A DNA stretch of 64,000 bases, taken from Candidatus Gottesmanbacteria bacterium UBA6580. GTDB taxonomy: Bacteria; Patescibacteriota; Microgenomatia; UBA10105; UBA927. The position numbers were made by a program, and so were the translations under genes. The DNA lies in NCBI GenBank assembly GCA_002433895.1, contig DJJA01000004.1, positions 24,132 through 88,131 on the forward strand, read 5' to 3'. Positions 1 to 10,261 of the stretch are shown piece after piece. The notes under the pieces were generated by a model. That model ran no database searches and was not told the origin of the DNA. It saw only the letters and a list, made by a program, of their open reading frames with translations. The stretch's first letter is position 1; each line of letters starts with the position of its first letter.

Positions 1-546
1 GGCTCCAGCGACAAGAGTAAGTACTATCACCACAGGCCAGAAACCCTCCATATCTTCAGGTGAAGAAAACATGGTGTTTGACACGGCAAAAAGAGAGTAA
101 ATGGTGAGGAGGACATAGTAAAGTGAAGGAGAAGCAAACAGCACGTTGTTGGCGGCATCTGCCCTCATTTGTATCCATAGACCGGGCAGGAAATAGGAAA
201 GTAACCCAAGGGTGCCTAGTCCCACAATTACCGGTGCAATGCCGATAATCGCCCTTCTGACCGGATCAGATTGGGCGATTGCGACACTTCCAGTTTTTAC
301 GTTTTTTTCTTCTAAGCCTTCGGGAACCAATGTGAGTCCGGACGTGCGTACACCGAGGATTTCCGCGGTGAACAGATGGGCAAGCTCATGAATAACGGTG
401 CCGGGAAAAAAAAGGAACGAAAGAAACCCGATAGCGGCCGGCCGTGACTTGGTGAGTAGAAAAGCCGCGATATACAGGTTTTGGCTCAGTCTCCTGGATA
501 GGATCCAGAGTACGAAAAGTTCGGCAATGATTATTGCGGGCAACAT
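1..546 (-). CDS. M50-like membrane zinc metallopeptidase (3' end runs off the window)
   Basis: Manual translation from ATG at 546: MLPAIIIAELFVLWILSRRL...FLFFPGTVIHELAHLFTAEILGV; HExxH lies in a hydrophobic context, with a later IIGIAPVIVG segment. Confidence 0.75.
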   Translation of the reverse strand, partial: MLPAIIIAELFVLWILSRRLSQNLYIAAFLLTKSRPAAIGFLSFLFFPGTVIHELAHLFTAEILGVRTSGLTLVPEGLEEKNVKTGSVAIAQSDPVRRAIIGIAPVIVGLGTLGLLSYFLPGLWIQMRADAANNVLFASPSLYYVLLTIYSLFAVSNTMFSSPEDMEGFWPVVIVLTLVAGA

Positions 547-882
547 ACTGCTTATGTAGTATTTATTATTTCGACGATCTGTACAAGAGTACTATTGACA
601 ACGGCCAAGGGCAAGCAGTATCGTAAGGGCGTTTTTACGCGTCACCGTTTCTCCTTTTGGGTAAAAAGAAAGAAATTGTAGGGTAAAATACCGCTGATTT
701 GTAATCTTTTCGGGTACTTGCTATCATTCAGGTTGGAGAGGCGGGTTTTCCTGGCAGTCCACAGGCGGATTGATCTAACGGGAAATCTGTCGCACGTTAA
801 CAAACGGGAGAAATGTGTATCGTTGCAGGTCCTATGGTCGGAATAATTATTCCGGATATAGGTCTTTCAAGCATACATCGCA

Positions 883-1164
883 GTGACTATTTTTCACTAT
901 CCATATCGACCATATTCGGAGGCAAGAATGCAAAACACCAGTCAAACCAACCCAATTACCCATTTCCTGATTTTCAATCGTCCTGTAACCCGCTGGCTGT
1001 TTAAGCCGCTCGTCGTTGGCATGATTGTATTGCTGGGCGCATTTACCCCGCACGCAGTCACGACGACAGTCACTCACGCTGAAGAAGTGTTGGCGTTGCT
1101 TGTGCTGATCAGTTTGGTCTGGGGAATGAAGATAATCTTCATTAACCAAATGTTCAAGGGGTGA
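883..1164 (+). CDS. small membrane protein, two hydrophobic segments (start may be ATG 928)
   Basis: ORF track; GGAGG just upstream of ATG 928; followed by a hairpin. Confidence 0.5.
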   Translation: MTIFHYPYRPYSEARMQNTSQTNPITHFLIFNRPVTRWLFKPLVVGMIVLLGAFTPHAVTTTVTHAEEVLALLVLISLVWGMKIIFINQMFKG

Positions 1165-1184
1165 TTCTCTGTTTCCATCGCCGG

Positions 1185-1209
1185 GGGCAAGTCTCGAAGG
1201 GACTTGCCC
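1185..1209 (+). terminator. stem-loop, probable terminator
   Basis: GGGCAAGTC-TCGAAGG-GACTTGCCC followed by TTCTT, 20 nt after the stop at 1164. Confidence 0.6.
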
Positions 1210-1424
1210 TTCTTATGGACTAGGAAAAAAAGAAAAATATAACACTGCACCGTTTTTCGGGCAATTACTTTTTTCTTTTTTTTGGTTCTGCCGTTTCTCC
1301 CGTTTGTCTTTTATTTGTGGTGTCCGCCGTCCCCTTGTTCACCTAAAGTATTGTCATCCATGGGATGATCTTTATACAACACTAGTCTGATGGGTGCTGA
1401 AACGAGCTCAGCATGACAAAGAGT

Positions 1425-2309
1425 TTAGTGGTGTCCGCCGCCCCCTTGTTCACCTCCGGTGGCTATTTGACTGACAAACATAATTCCTAGCGCGCCATAC
1501 ATGATGACAGGCATTGCCTGATCGATAAACCCGGCGGGAGGTGCTTCCTGTGTCATTTGTGTCGCTTGCCCAAAAATTTCTTGTGCTTTTTGCAGATTTT
1601 CCGGGGTAAGCTCGATACCCGCGAGGTTTAACATGTTTTCCGGCGTCGGGGTGAGCTTCGTGAAGCCGTCCATGCCGGTTAGTTCTTTCCATGTCATTTG
1701 TGCCAGGTTGTCGTTTGTCTGAAGCATTTGCGCGAGCACTTGCGACGACTCCCGTTTTCCGTTTTTGACTTGATCAACAACTTCAGCAGGTATTGGGCTA
1801 CCTGCATACTGTTCGTTGTACCGGTTAATGAGCGAAAGTGTTGCGCTTTCTGCCGGCACCGGATCGGGGAGATTGAGGGCTTTTATTTTGTCTTGTAGCG
1901 CTTGTACTTTGGCGCTTTGGTCGGCGGGTAATCCTTGCGTTTCCATGGTTGCAAGCGACCGCAACGCGTCTATCCGTACCTCATTTCCTAGCGGACTGTC
2001 GGCAGCCTGCGTTGCGAGAGAGGTGACGAGTAAGCGCATGTCACGTAAATCCAAAAGCAACGCATTCGCTTCGTGTAAGAGTGCCGTTACGGTTTCGCGG
2101 GGAGGAAGGTTTTCTGCCGGTTTTGTCGCCTCGGCTACCGGTTTTCCTGCGGCAATTTCTTCTAACGTATGTCTGGCGGCACTGCTCGTGGGCGGTGTTT
2201 CCGGTTTTTGGGCGGATTTTTCTTTGGGAGGGGTAGCGGGAGCGGCAGGTTTTGCCTCAGGCGTTGTCGGCGCTTTTGGTGCTTCCGGTTTTGGGGTTGG
2301 TTCCATCAT
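1425..2309 (-). CDS. hypothetical protein, Pro/Glu-rich N-terminus, helical core, C-terminal TM
   Basis: 294-aa ORF; C-terminal hydrophobic PVIMYGALGIMFVSQI. Confidence 0.8.
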   Translation of the reverse strand: MMEPTPKPEAPKAPTTPEAKPAAPATPPKEKSAQKPETPPTSSAARHTLEEIAAGKPVAEATKPAENLPPRETVTALLHEANALLLDLRDMRLLVTSLATQAADSPLGNEVRIDALRSLATMETQGLPADQSAKVQALQDKIKALNLPDPVPAESATLSLINRYNEQYAGSPIPAEVVDQVKNGKRESSQVLAQMLQTNDNLAQMTWKELTGMDGFTKLTPTPENMLNLAGIELTPENLQKAQEIFGQATQMTQEAPPAGFIDQAMPVIMYGALGIMFVSQIATGGEQGGGGHH

Positions 2310-2398
2310 ATAACCAGTATACCCGAAAAATGCCTTGTGTAGTCAAGAAACGATTGGAATATTGCGTAGTAGCGTGTTGTCCTTCATACTAAAGAGAT

Positions 2399-2953
2399 AT
2401 GGATTACAAACAATTGTGGGATCGGTGGGTATCGTTAACGTTGTTAACTGAAGAAGATAGGGCAGAAATGATTGAGCGGTTACACGAGGAGGTAACAAGC
2501 GGTATTACGGCACTTGCGACACTGGGCGTCGCGCAGATGGAAAAAGTTCTTGCGGAGCAGACGTACGGAAAAAAAGATGAGTACCTTAAGGCGGTCGCTC
2601 CGGTCGTCGCCCTATCGTCGCTGGATGGGTATTTTCTTTCTCTGATGGAGCGCGGCATACATCCCCAAAAAGCTGATTTAGCCAAACAGGAAAGCACAAA
2701 AGCAGTAGGGGAAACATGGAGCCGCGGACACCAAAAAGATCAAAATAAATCATACGTGGAAAAAATCGACCCGGTCGTGATCCTCATGCTGGAGCGGATC
2801 TATGATCTCCGGGTCAATCAAACGCTTTCATTCCACCCTGAGATAGTAGAACTGCCATATAAGGTGACGGAAAAGCTCCATCAGTATATCGGTTGGGCAG
2901 TGTATCAGGGATATGTTATCGGTGAGATGGAAAACGAGTTGTCCCGTCCATAA
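2399..2953 (+). CDS. hypothetical helical protein
   Basis: 184-aa ORF; CATACT -10-like box just upstream. Confidence 0.75.
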   Translation: MDYKQLWDRWVSLTLLTEEDRAEMIERLHEEVTSGITALATLGVAQMEKVLAEQTYGKKDEYLKAVAPVVALSSLDGYFLSLMERGIHPQKADLAKQESTKAVGETWSRGHQKDQNKSYVEKIDPVVILMLERIYDLRVNQTLSFHPEIVELPYKVTEKLHQYIGWAVYQGYVIGEMENELSRP

Positions 2954-2955
2954 CC

Positions 2956-4077
2956 ATGCCAGAACATACCATCGGTGTACGCCCCAAAGATATCGTCCAT
3001 CAGAAACAAACTGCGGAAGGATCGCTCACGGTTTCTTACAATAAGCGCGATATCGTGGCAAATACCATTGGGCATGTATTGGCAATTCCGACGACCCATA
3101 CCCTATTGTGGACCTGGGGAAGCGCGTTTAAAAATCCCACCAGAGAGCTTGCGGAGCAGTTGTTTGACCGGTATAAAGACGTCCCGTGGAAAGGTGATGT
3201 CCTTGTGCGGGTGGGACATACGGAGATATTTAACGATATTAAGCGGATGCTGGCGCGGAACGAAGATGTGCGCGGCAGACCGTGGAATATAAAAGATAAG
3301 GTGGGCAGGACGCTCGAGTACGCGGGAAAAGCCGGCATTGTAGTTTTGCAGGTGCCGACACTAGTAAAAAATAAAATTTTCCGAAGAGATTATTACAATC
3401 CATTTAGTAATACGGTTAACATCTATCATCCCCGGTTAGCCGCAGGCATGCACGAGCTGGGACACGCTGAATTTTTTAACCAAATGGAGAACAAAAAACG
3501 TGCCGCGTATTACCTCGCGATGGTTAATCCTATCGTGCAGCTACCATTTTTCCGTTCGTTTATGGAATATCAGGCAAGTAGTATTGCGATGAAGCGGTTT
3601 AAAAACGATACAGAACGGCGACAAGGTCTTAAGATACTCGAAGCCGCATGGGCGACGTATTTGGGTATCGATGCATTGACGGCGGCCGCTATTGTGGCGC
3701 CGGCACTCGCGTTGCCCCTGTTGAAGTCAGCAATATCCATATCCATTGCGTTGCCATCAATAGGGTACAAGGCGGTCGTTACCGCGGGACTTGCGCCATA
3801 TGGCGCTGCTTTTGCAGGACATGCCATGAACCGGCTATACCCGAAGAAAGATCAGCGTTTTGGGTATATTTTTGAAGGAAAGTATCCGGTCAAAGCTCCT
3901 GCTGCCGCACTTGGGCCGCATCAGGTATTGGAAGCGACAGCGCGACCTGTCGAAATAAAAAAACCTGAGGGAACACCAGGAGATCATGACAGACATTCGC
4001 ACCGGCAATTTGGGTCTGGGGGCGACAGAAGCGGGAAGCGACCACTTCATAGTAATTCAAACCGCATCACCTTTTAA
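2956..4077 (+). CDS. putative membrane-associated zincin metallopeptidase
   Basis: GMHELGHAEF (HExxH), downstream MEYQAS as candidate third ligand, hydrophobic C-terminal helices. Confidence 0.65.
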   Translation: MPEHTIGVRPKDIVHQKQTAEGSLTVSYNKRDIVANTIGHVLAIPTTHTLLWTWGSAFKNPTRELAEQLFDRYKDVPWKGDVLVRVGHTEIFNDIKRMLARNEDVRGRPWNIKDKVGRTLEYAGKAGIVVLQVPTLVKNKIFRRDYYNPFSNTVNIYHPRLAAGMHELGHAEFFNQMENKKRAAYYLAMVNPIVQLPFFRSFMEYQASSIAMKRFKNDTERRQGLKILEAAWATYLGIDALTAAAIVAPALALPLLKSAISISIALPSIGYKAVVTAGLAPYGAAFAGHAMNRLYPKKDQRFGYIFEGKYPVKAPAAALGPHQVLEATARPVEIKKPEGTPGDHDRHSHRQFGSGGDRSGKRPLHSNSNRITF

Positions 4078-4167
4078 GACATTTCCGCGGGATTTTTGGA
4101 GGCAGTTATTTTCCTTGTTATTTGTTCTTTCTTTTACTACAATGATTGTTTCCGGCTCAAAAAATGT

Positions 4168-4374
4168 ATGACACACACAGAACGAGAAGAACAGGAAGGA
4201 ATGGATGAAGTTGAAAGTGCGCATGGAGCGCATCATCCGCCGCATGCGGCTCATGGGGAAATGACCCGGACACTCGCCACCATTGAACAGGCGCACCATA
4301 ACAAGCACCACCGCGTGATGCATCGCACCCTCCGGTGGCCGATACACAGTAATACCCCAAGAATTACGTTTTAA
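4168..4374 (+). CDS. small His-rich protein
   Basis: MTHTEREEQEG...HGAHHPPHAAHG...HHNKHHRVMH; C-terminus resembles that of the upstream ORF. Confidence 0.55.
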   Translation: MTHTEREEQEGMDEVESAHGAHHPPHAAHGEMTRTLATIEQAHHNKHHRVMHRTLRWPIHSNTPRITF

Positions 4375-7129
4375 TCCGCCGGATAATCATCCATGGGGCG
4401 ATGAGGAAGATAACGCCGAGATACTGCAGTAGTTGGGGCATAAAAAAGAGGATGATTTTCTCCTGTGGTTGAGTCAAAATCCATCCGTTCGCCCAGTTAT
4501 TGACGAGAATATGTTGCGTCAGTAAGTTGCCTTCTGACCACGCGAGCCAGCCTGTATCGTATGACTGATTGAGCGTGATAGCTGTGTTGTCTGATGGAGG
4601 TAGCGTCACGACATAGAGACCGCTTATGGGATGCCATACTTCCGTGGGTGTGGTGGCGGGTGATTTACTGATAAAGGGAATTTCCCGTGTGTGTACGTTA
4701 ACAACGGCAGAGAGCCGTATATCTACAAGGTCATTGATGCTCGTGTACTGGTTCAGTGATGAATTCGTGATTATCACGTTATAACTAACTTCCGACTGAA
4801 ATGACGGAGGGATAAGGTATGCGCTACGGGTGAATGTGCGATGTGCGGGGAGGCGGATATCGAGGCCGGCGGGTCTCCCTTTGTTGATGACCGAGACGAG
4901 AAGCGGTTCACCGGTTAGGTGGCGGGATGTTATCTCCAGGACATACGCATTGTTTGTGTCTATTCCTTCAAGTGTGATGTTTTGACATGTGTCACCCTTG
5001 GTCGTAGTAAACCGTATGCTGCCGCCGTTTGTAACGCGTTCTGAGACGGTTTGCGTCGAGTTTTGTGGCTCACAGGGGACAGATAGGGATGATGTGGCAG
5101 CAACCGTTGCTACCGGGATAAGCGTCAGTTGACCGAGTTGCGTGGGTGACAGTGGTTCTCCCCGTTTTGAAAACCGTAGCCTATCGGGATCAGTGACATC
5201 AGCGGCTTTGCTGTTGTCCGACATATACGCGGATATACTAGCGTACGCGCGGTCAGTGTCGTTGTAAGGATACGCGGGGAGCACATTGGGAAGGTTGGTT
5301 ATTGCGACCGGGGATGGGTATGTGTTTTTCCGTTCATAAACAGTAATCGGCAGCACTTTTTTGCCGGTATGGCTTATCTGTTTGGTATATCCTTGGTCCG
5401 TTTCGAGGTGTTTATAGAAATCCAGTGACGAAAGAAACCCCTTTTGACTGCGGCAATGGGTGATATTGTGATCATACAGGATGTAGCGCACCCCATATTT
5501 ATCAAATATCCGGCCGACAGCAGTGTAATCCTGTTGCCGGAGCGCGGTACTGAGCTCCCAGTAATAGTTTTCATTGGTGTGATTCCAGACATCAAAGGCT
5601 CTCGCCATGATTGGGTGTCTCAAGCCGTACCAGAGAAATCCTGAGCCAAAATATCCCCAGAGTTCGTTGTACCAGCCTTCGGCGCAGTCCTGGGGAAAAT
5701 CTGCAATTTTTCCGTCGGGAAGTGCGTTTATGTCATTGATGAGGCGGAGATATTGGGCGGGAACCTGCACGTACATTTTGCGGTAAATAAGCTGCCCTTG
5801 GAATACTGGTGCCGCGTACATTAGGATAATGCCTGTCATGGTCATCAGGGTGGAAATGAGGAAGATGCGGTATCGTTTGTTCTGGAATAGTTGCAATCCT
5901 GCCATGAGGCCGATAGCGAGAAATAGCGCGTAATGGAATGATAATCCTGTGCCAAACTTGGTAAATGTGGTGCGGAATGCCTGCGCGAGCGCCGGCGAAT
6001 GAGATTGGATAAGTTGGAAGCCCCACGAAAATGGCGGCATGTCTATCGCAATATTGCCAAAAAAATAGAGGAGCGATAGGACCAATCCATAGGAAAGCGG
6101 TGAGTGTTTGTGCTGAAGGGCGACAAAGACACCATAAAGCATAAAGGCAAAAAGTACATAGCTGATAGCCGGTATTACCGGATGGGTATGGTGTTGTTTC
6201 CATGGGGCAAGGATGGCGCCGCCAAGTTCATTGCTGTCCCACAGCATGCTTTTCAGTGCCGCAACATCGGCGAGCGATCCGTATTGGATGCTTTTGGCGA
6301 TAAACTTAGGAGTGGAAGTTATATTGTTATACGCATTGATATAGTCTTTTGACTGGGTAAGGGAAAAATAACCGACCGGTGCTAGCCAATAAAAGTTTGT
6401 GGCGATGACACATATCCATATGATGGCTGTTTTTTGTAGTGCTGACTTTTGGAAACGCTGAAAAACAATAAATACGCTGGTAATGATTGCCAGCGATACG
6501 GCGTAGGCGGCAAATACTGCCGGAATAAATCCCTGGATAGACGTGATGAGAAGGGTAATACAGAAGAACACGACCCGTTTTTTCGTGATCTGTTCGAGGG
6601 TCAGCATCAGTCCGTAAGTGAGCCAGGGGAGTGCAGCAAAATGCACGGTAAATGCTTCAAGTGGCACATAAAACGTTTGGATGGTGCCGAGGTTTAAGAG
6701 GTAGTAAAGGCTTGATATAAAGGAGACTGCCCATATTATTTTTTCTTTCGGATTATGGTTATGAAATACAGAGGTGAGCAGTTTGTGGCTTACCAATAAC
6801 ATACCCAAACCCCCTACGTAGTAGCAGAGGAATATAAACACCGAGCGGAGGAGGTGTTGGGGGATGATAACCGATAATAAGCCGATGATTATGGTGTGTG
6901 GCAGTGTTGCGGCAAATCCGTGACCCCCCACCAATCCCGCACCGTAGTACTCCTGCCACCCCGCAGTCAGTCCGCGGACAACATTAAGCGGTATGTTTAG
7001 TTCCGGATATAGTCCATCCCACCCCATGAGCCAGTGATCCGATCTTATATTCACCGCAATAACTATTCCCACGACTAGGTGGTATAGGGCTAAAGCGAAT
7101 ATTCGTGGTGATAGGTTAGTACGAAACAT
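4364..7129 (-). CDS. polytopic membrane protein, GT-C/YfhO/AftD-like glycosyltransferase
   Basis: 921 aa; many N-terminal TMs, GWD loop, C-terminal LNQSYDTGW...HILVNNWANGW plus a final TM. Confidence 0.7.
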   Translation of the reverse strand: MFRTNLSPRIFALALYHLVVGIVIAVNIRSDHWLMGWDGLYPELNIPLNVVRGLTAGWQEYYGAGLVGGHGFAATLPHTIIIGLLSVIIPQHLLRSVFIFLCYYVGGLGMLLVSHKLLTSVFHNHNPKEKIIWAVSFISSLYYLLNLGTIQTFYVPLEAFTVHFAALPWLTYGLMLTLEQITKKRVVFFCITLLITSIQGFIPAVFAAYAVSLAIITSVFIVFQRFQKSALQKTAIIWICVIATNFYWLAPVGYFSLTQSKDYINAYNNITSTPKFIAKSIQYGSLADVAALKSMLWDSNELGGAILAPWKQHHTHPVIPAISYVLFAFMLYGVFVALQHKHSPLSYGLVLSLLYFFGNIAIDMPPFSWGFQLIQSHSPALAQAFRTTFTKFGTGLSFHYALFLAIGLMAGLQLFQNKRYRIFLISTLMTMTGIILMYAAPVFQGQLIYRKMYVQVPAQYLRLINDINALPDGKIADFPQDCAEGWYNELWGYFGSGFLWYGLRHPIMARAFDVWNHTNENYYWELSTALRQQDYTAVGRIFDKYGVRYILYDHNITHCRSQKGFLSSLDFYKHLETDQGYTKQISHTGKKVLPITVYERKNTYPSPVAITNLPNVLPAYPYNDTDRAYASISAYMSDNSKAADVTDPDRLRFSKRGEPLSPTQLGQLTLIPVATVAATSSLSVPCEPQNSTQTVSERVTNGGSIRFTTTKGDTCQNITLEGIDTNNAYVLEITSRHLTGEPLLVSVINKGRPAGLDIRLPAHRTFTRSAYLIPPSFQSEVSYNVIITNSSLNQYTSINDLVDIRLSAVVNVHTREIPFISKSPATTPTEVWHPISGLYVVTLPPSDNTAITLNQSYDTGWLAWSEGNLLTQHILVNNWANGWILTQPQEKIILFFMPQLLQYLGVIFLIAPWMIIRRIKT

Positions 7130-8552
7130 AAAATCCGTCCGTTATAGTGTTTTGGATTGCTGCCTGTTGGTTTATGGGAAAAGCGCCACAATTTTCTATT
7201 ACCCAGTCAATATCGGCGGCGAGTATATATGCTTTTTTACATACACCGTTTGTTTTGTATATAGCACTGGTCGGATGATCCATATCAGTGTGGTTAGTGC
7301 GGTCGACAAATATTTCCGGTGTGGGATTATACAGTGCCGGATAATGGTCGAGGACAAGCGTTGCCTGTGGCGCGTGGGAGAGGGTATTGGAAAATACGGG
7401 ATACAACAATGAATTCGTAGAAAGGGTAACTATTTGCGTCAGTGCGATCAGCGCTACGATCGTGATTTCTTTTGCCACGCGCATGTGGCTATAGAGTACG
7501 AGTACAATCAAATAAGGAACAAGGATAACGGCATGCCGTGATGGTCCATATCCTGAGGTGCCATAATGCCATGCAGGATTTGTCTGGTAGGCAAGGAGGG
7601 TAAGGAGCATAAGTACCGCTAACCATAACGCGGAGGCATGTTTGGTGCCGTTTTTATATACCTGCCACAGCCCAGCTACCGTAAGTATCGGTGCATACCA
7701 GAATACGCCGACATTGAGATCAAACAATTGTTCAAATAATTTTTGCGCGCTGATGTTGTGCAGTCCAAAACCGTATGTTTTTGTCCAGAAATCCTGGAGA
7801 ATGGTCCACGGCGTCCATGTGGCAAAGTGGAGATAATTATAGAGGTAGGGAATTGCCGCAAGCCCGATAATGGTAAGCACTGACAATACATATTTCCCTC
7901 CATTTTTCTTTACCGAAGCGCGCAGTTCATATGCTGAGACCGCCAGTATACCTGCAGTCATGACCATGATCGGTTGACTATGCCACGACGCGAGTGCGGC
8001 AAAAATTCCTGCGGTAAGCCACTGGCGCTCCATGTAAAAACAAAGCGCGATGAAAAAAAGACATAAAAACAATATGTCGGGACCCGGCCACAAAAGAAAT
8101 GAAAGTAGCGGTGAACTAAAGAGTAAGAAAAATAAGGCAAATTGTTTGTGGGAAGCATGAAAAAACCGTTGCATGGCGTAGACTACCGTAAGAGTAAGGA
8201 GAAGGGTATTGACCAAAGGAAACACAAGGAGCGGATGTATCCCAAACTGTTCCAGCAGGAAACGAAACGGTGTCAGGAGAATGGAATATCCCACAAAATG
8301 CATGGGATACCGGTAGCCGTCCTTGCCGGTGAGGTAATAGCCGGGATTGGTAAAGTATTCGGGATGTAGGCTTGCTGATAGCGCGTTTTTGTCTTCGTCT
8401 GTCAGCCTTAGGCTTCCGTGCCGGAGGAGGGATTCGGTTACGCCGTAGTATTCGGCGATGTCACCTGCAGGTTCCGGGGGCGGGTTGCCAAGATATACCC
8501 CGAAAATAAGTCCTGCTGTAAGTAGTGTGACCGCGAGCGGCAATAATTTCAT
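7116..8552 (-). CDS. GT-C-type membrane glycosyltransferase
   Basis: 478 aa, multi-TM; GDIAEYY in first loop, YGPSRH motif; overlaps the next gene as in an operon. Confidence 0.65.
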   Translation of the reverse strand: MKLLPLAVTLLTAGLIFGVYLGNPPPEPAGDIAEYYGVTESLLRHGSLRLTDEDKNALSASLHPEYFTNPGYYLTGKDGYRYPMHFVGYSILLTPFRFLLEQFGIHPLLVFPLVNTLLLTLTVVYAMQRFFHASHKQFALFFLLFSSPLLSFLLWPGPDILFLCLFFIALCFYMERQWLTAGIFAALASWHSQPIMVMTAGILAVSAYELRASVKKNGGKYVLSVLTIIGLAAIPYLYNYLHFATWTPWTILQDFWTKTYGFGLHNISAQKLFEQLFDLNVGVFWYAPILTVAGLWQVYKNGTKHASALWLAVLMLLTLLAYQTNPAWHYGTSGYGPSRHAVILVPYLIVLVLYSHMRVAKEITIVALIALTQIVTLSTNSLLYPVFSNTLSHAPQATLVLDHYPALYNPTPEIFVDRTNHTDMDHPTSAIYKTNGVCKKAYILAADIDWVIENCGAFPINQQAAIQNTITDGFYVSY

Positions 8553-8581
8553 AGGCAGAGCGTGATTTTACCGGCTGACGA

Positions 8582-9913
8582 TTATGTATATCGTAACGCA
8601 GGTTGACCTTTGAAAGAAAGGGCAGATGAAAAGAGTAAGTCTTCGTATCCCCGGGCAACTTTGGTATACGATCGGGTCGCGCGCAGACTTGTCGCCATCG
8701 TGGCGAGCTTCGCTTTGCGGCCGTTTTTAAGTACCGCGCGGGTCATGTCGATAATCGACTGCGGATACAGATCAAAGGTGATATCACTTGTTTTGAGTCC
8801 CGCATCATTTAATTGCCGTACAAAGTCTTCGCTGTGAAACATTTCGGCAAGCGGGCGGGATATGATAAACGGTTTGCGGTATGAAAATACAAGCGAGAGC
8901 ACTCCTGACGCGGTCATATAATGGCGGTAGGGAAATACCACCAAGTCCGCGGCGGAAAAATATGTCGCAATATCTTTTTGCGGCACGTAGCCGGTGAGTT
9001 GTATATGATGGCTCGCGTTTACTTCTTCACGCACGCCGCGCAGAAAGTTTTGGTAGTAATGTTTGTCCGCGAGCGTTGGACTTTCGCCGCCCGCGATAAT
9101 GACATGGGTGCGTTTACCAAGCATCGTTTTGACCCGAGCGAAGGTGCGGGCAAATATGTCTGCCCCCTTAAACCAGTTGATGTAGCCAAAAAACAGGATG
9201 ACATGATCGTTTGCGGGGATCCCGAGTTTTTTGCGTGCTAATTTCATGGTGATAGGTTTTAGTGATGCATCAACTCCGTGCGGAATTGCCGCGGCCTTTA
9301 CCCATGGTGCTAACTTTTCCAGTTTTTCCTGAAGCGATGTTTCCAGCACGATAACGTTCGAGGAAACAAACGCTAAAATACGGTAAAACGTATGGAAAAG
9401 CAGATTGTACATGTCTCCGATAAATTGGTCTTTGGGGCCACTTCCTAAGCCCACGTGCCCTTTGAGTTTTATGACGTCGTCAACCACGTGGTGGAGGGTC
9501 ACAAACGTGCGGTATTTCCGTGCCCGCAGGTAACCCAGGAACAATAAGCCAAGCGAAGAAACAAACGGGTTGCCATACATGGCAAAGTCATATTGGGTAA
9601 GTGTCGTTTTTGCTTCCGGAAAAAGCCGTAGAACGCGGAGAATGTCTGACCACATATCGGCGTTTCCTTTTTTGAAACACCGGATAACCAGAATATGGTT
9701 TTCGATATAACTTTCGGGCTGATCGTCTATGTCACACAGCACGATAATCCTGCGCCGCATATTTTTGATAACGTTTTTGGTGTATGAGGCAACCCCAGTT
9801 TTACCCGTCGAGTACATTTCTCCCCGCTTCGGATAGGGGGAAACCACGACAAGGGTGCCGGGGTTGTTGTACCGTTTTATGATGCTATTTGAGATAGTAG
9901 GTATACTATTCAT
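8582..9913 (-). CDS. GT4 family glycosyltransferase
   Basis: GVASYT, IPHGV, LFFGYINWFKG and ADLVVFPY...SGVL motifs. Confidence 0.85.
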   Translation of the reverse strand: MNSIPTISNSIIKRYNNPGTLVVVSPYPKRGEMYSTGKTGVASYTKNVIKNMRRRIIVLCDIDDQPESYIENHILVIRCFKKGNADMWSDILRVLRLFPEAKTTLTQYDFAMYGNPFVSSLGLLFLGYLRARKYRTFVTLHHVVDDVIKLKGHVGLGSGPKDQFIGDMYNLLFHTFYRILAFVSSNVIVLETSLQEKLEKLAPWVKAAAIPHGVDASLKPITMKLARKKLGIPANDHVILFFGYINWFKGADIFARTFARVKTMLGKRTHVIIAGGESPTLADKHYYQNFLRGVREEVNASHHIQLTGYVPQKDIATYFSAADLVVFPYRHYMTASGVLSLVFSYRKPFIISRPLAEMFHSEDFVRQLNDAGLKTSDITFDLYPQSIIDMTRAVLKNGRKAKLATMATSLRATRSYTKVARGYEDLLFSSALSFKGQPALRYT

Positions 9914-10203
9914 ACCAGGTAGTGAAATTTCGACTGTCGCATTTTACGCTTGTCGAAACCCCAATGTCCTTTCGTATTACAAATCTCCTTTGTTTGTTCA
10001 GATAGTTATCGAACGGCGACGACGCAAAGCGTGTCGAAATTCTACTATCTGGCATATAGTTTTTATTTGCGTTGTCCTGAGTAGAGAACAGTTTCTCTAT
10101 TCGGGACAACGGCATACAGGGATTGTAAAACTACAAAAAAGATCGAAAGATAAACTTTCAATAATTTAAGCAGTCTACAATTGTAGCCATGTGTCCGACC
10201 AAT

Positions 10204-10238
10204 ACCCGGCCGAGGGTTTATGAGCCCTCGGTCGGGTA
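10204..10238. terminator. strong hairpin downstream of the 408-aa gene
   Basis: TACCCGGCCGAGGG...CCCTCGGTCGGGTA inverted repeat; no U-tract. Confidence 0.5.
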
Positions 10239-10261
10239 ACAATCAGGTCAGCCAGTGATGG

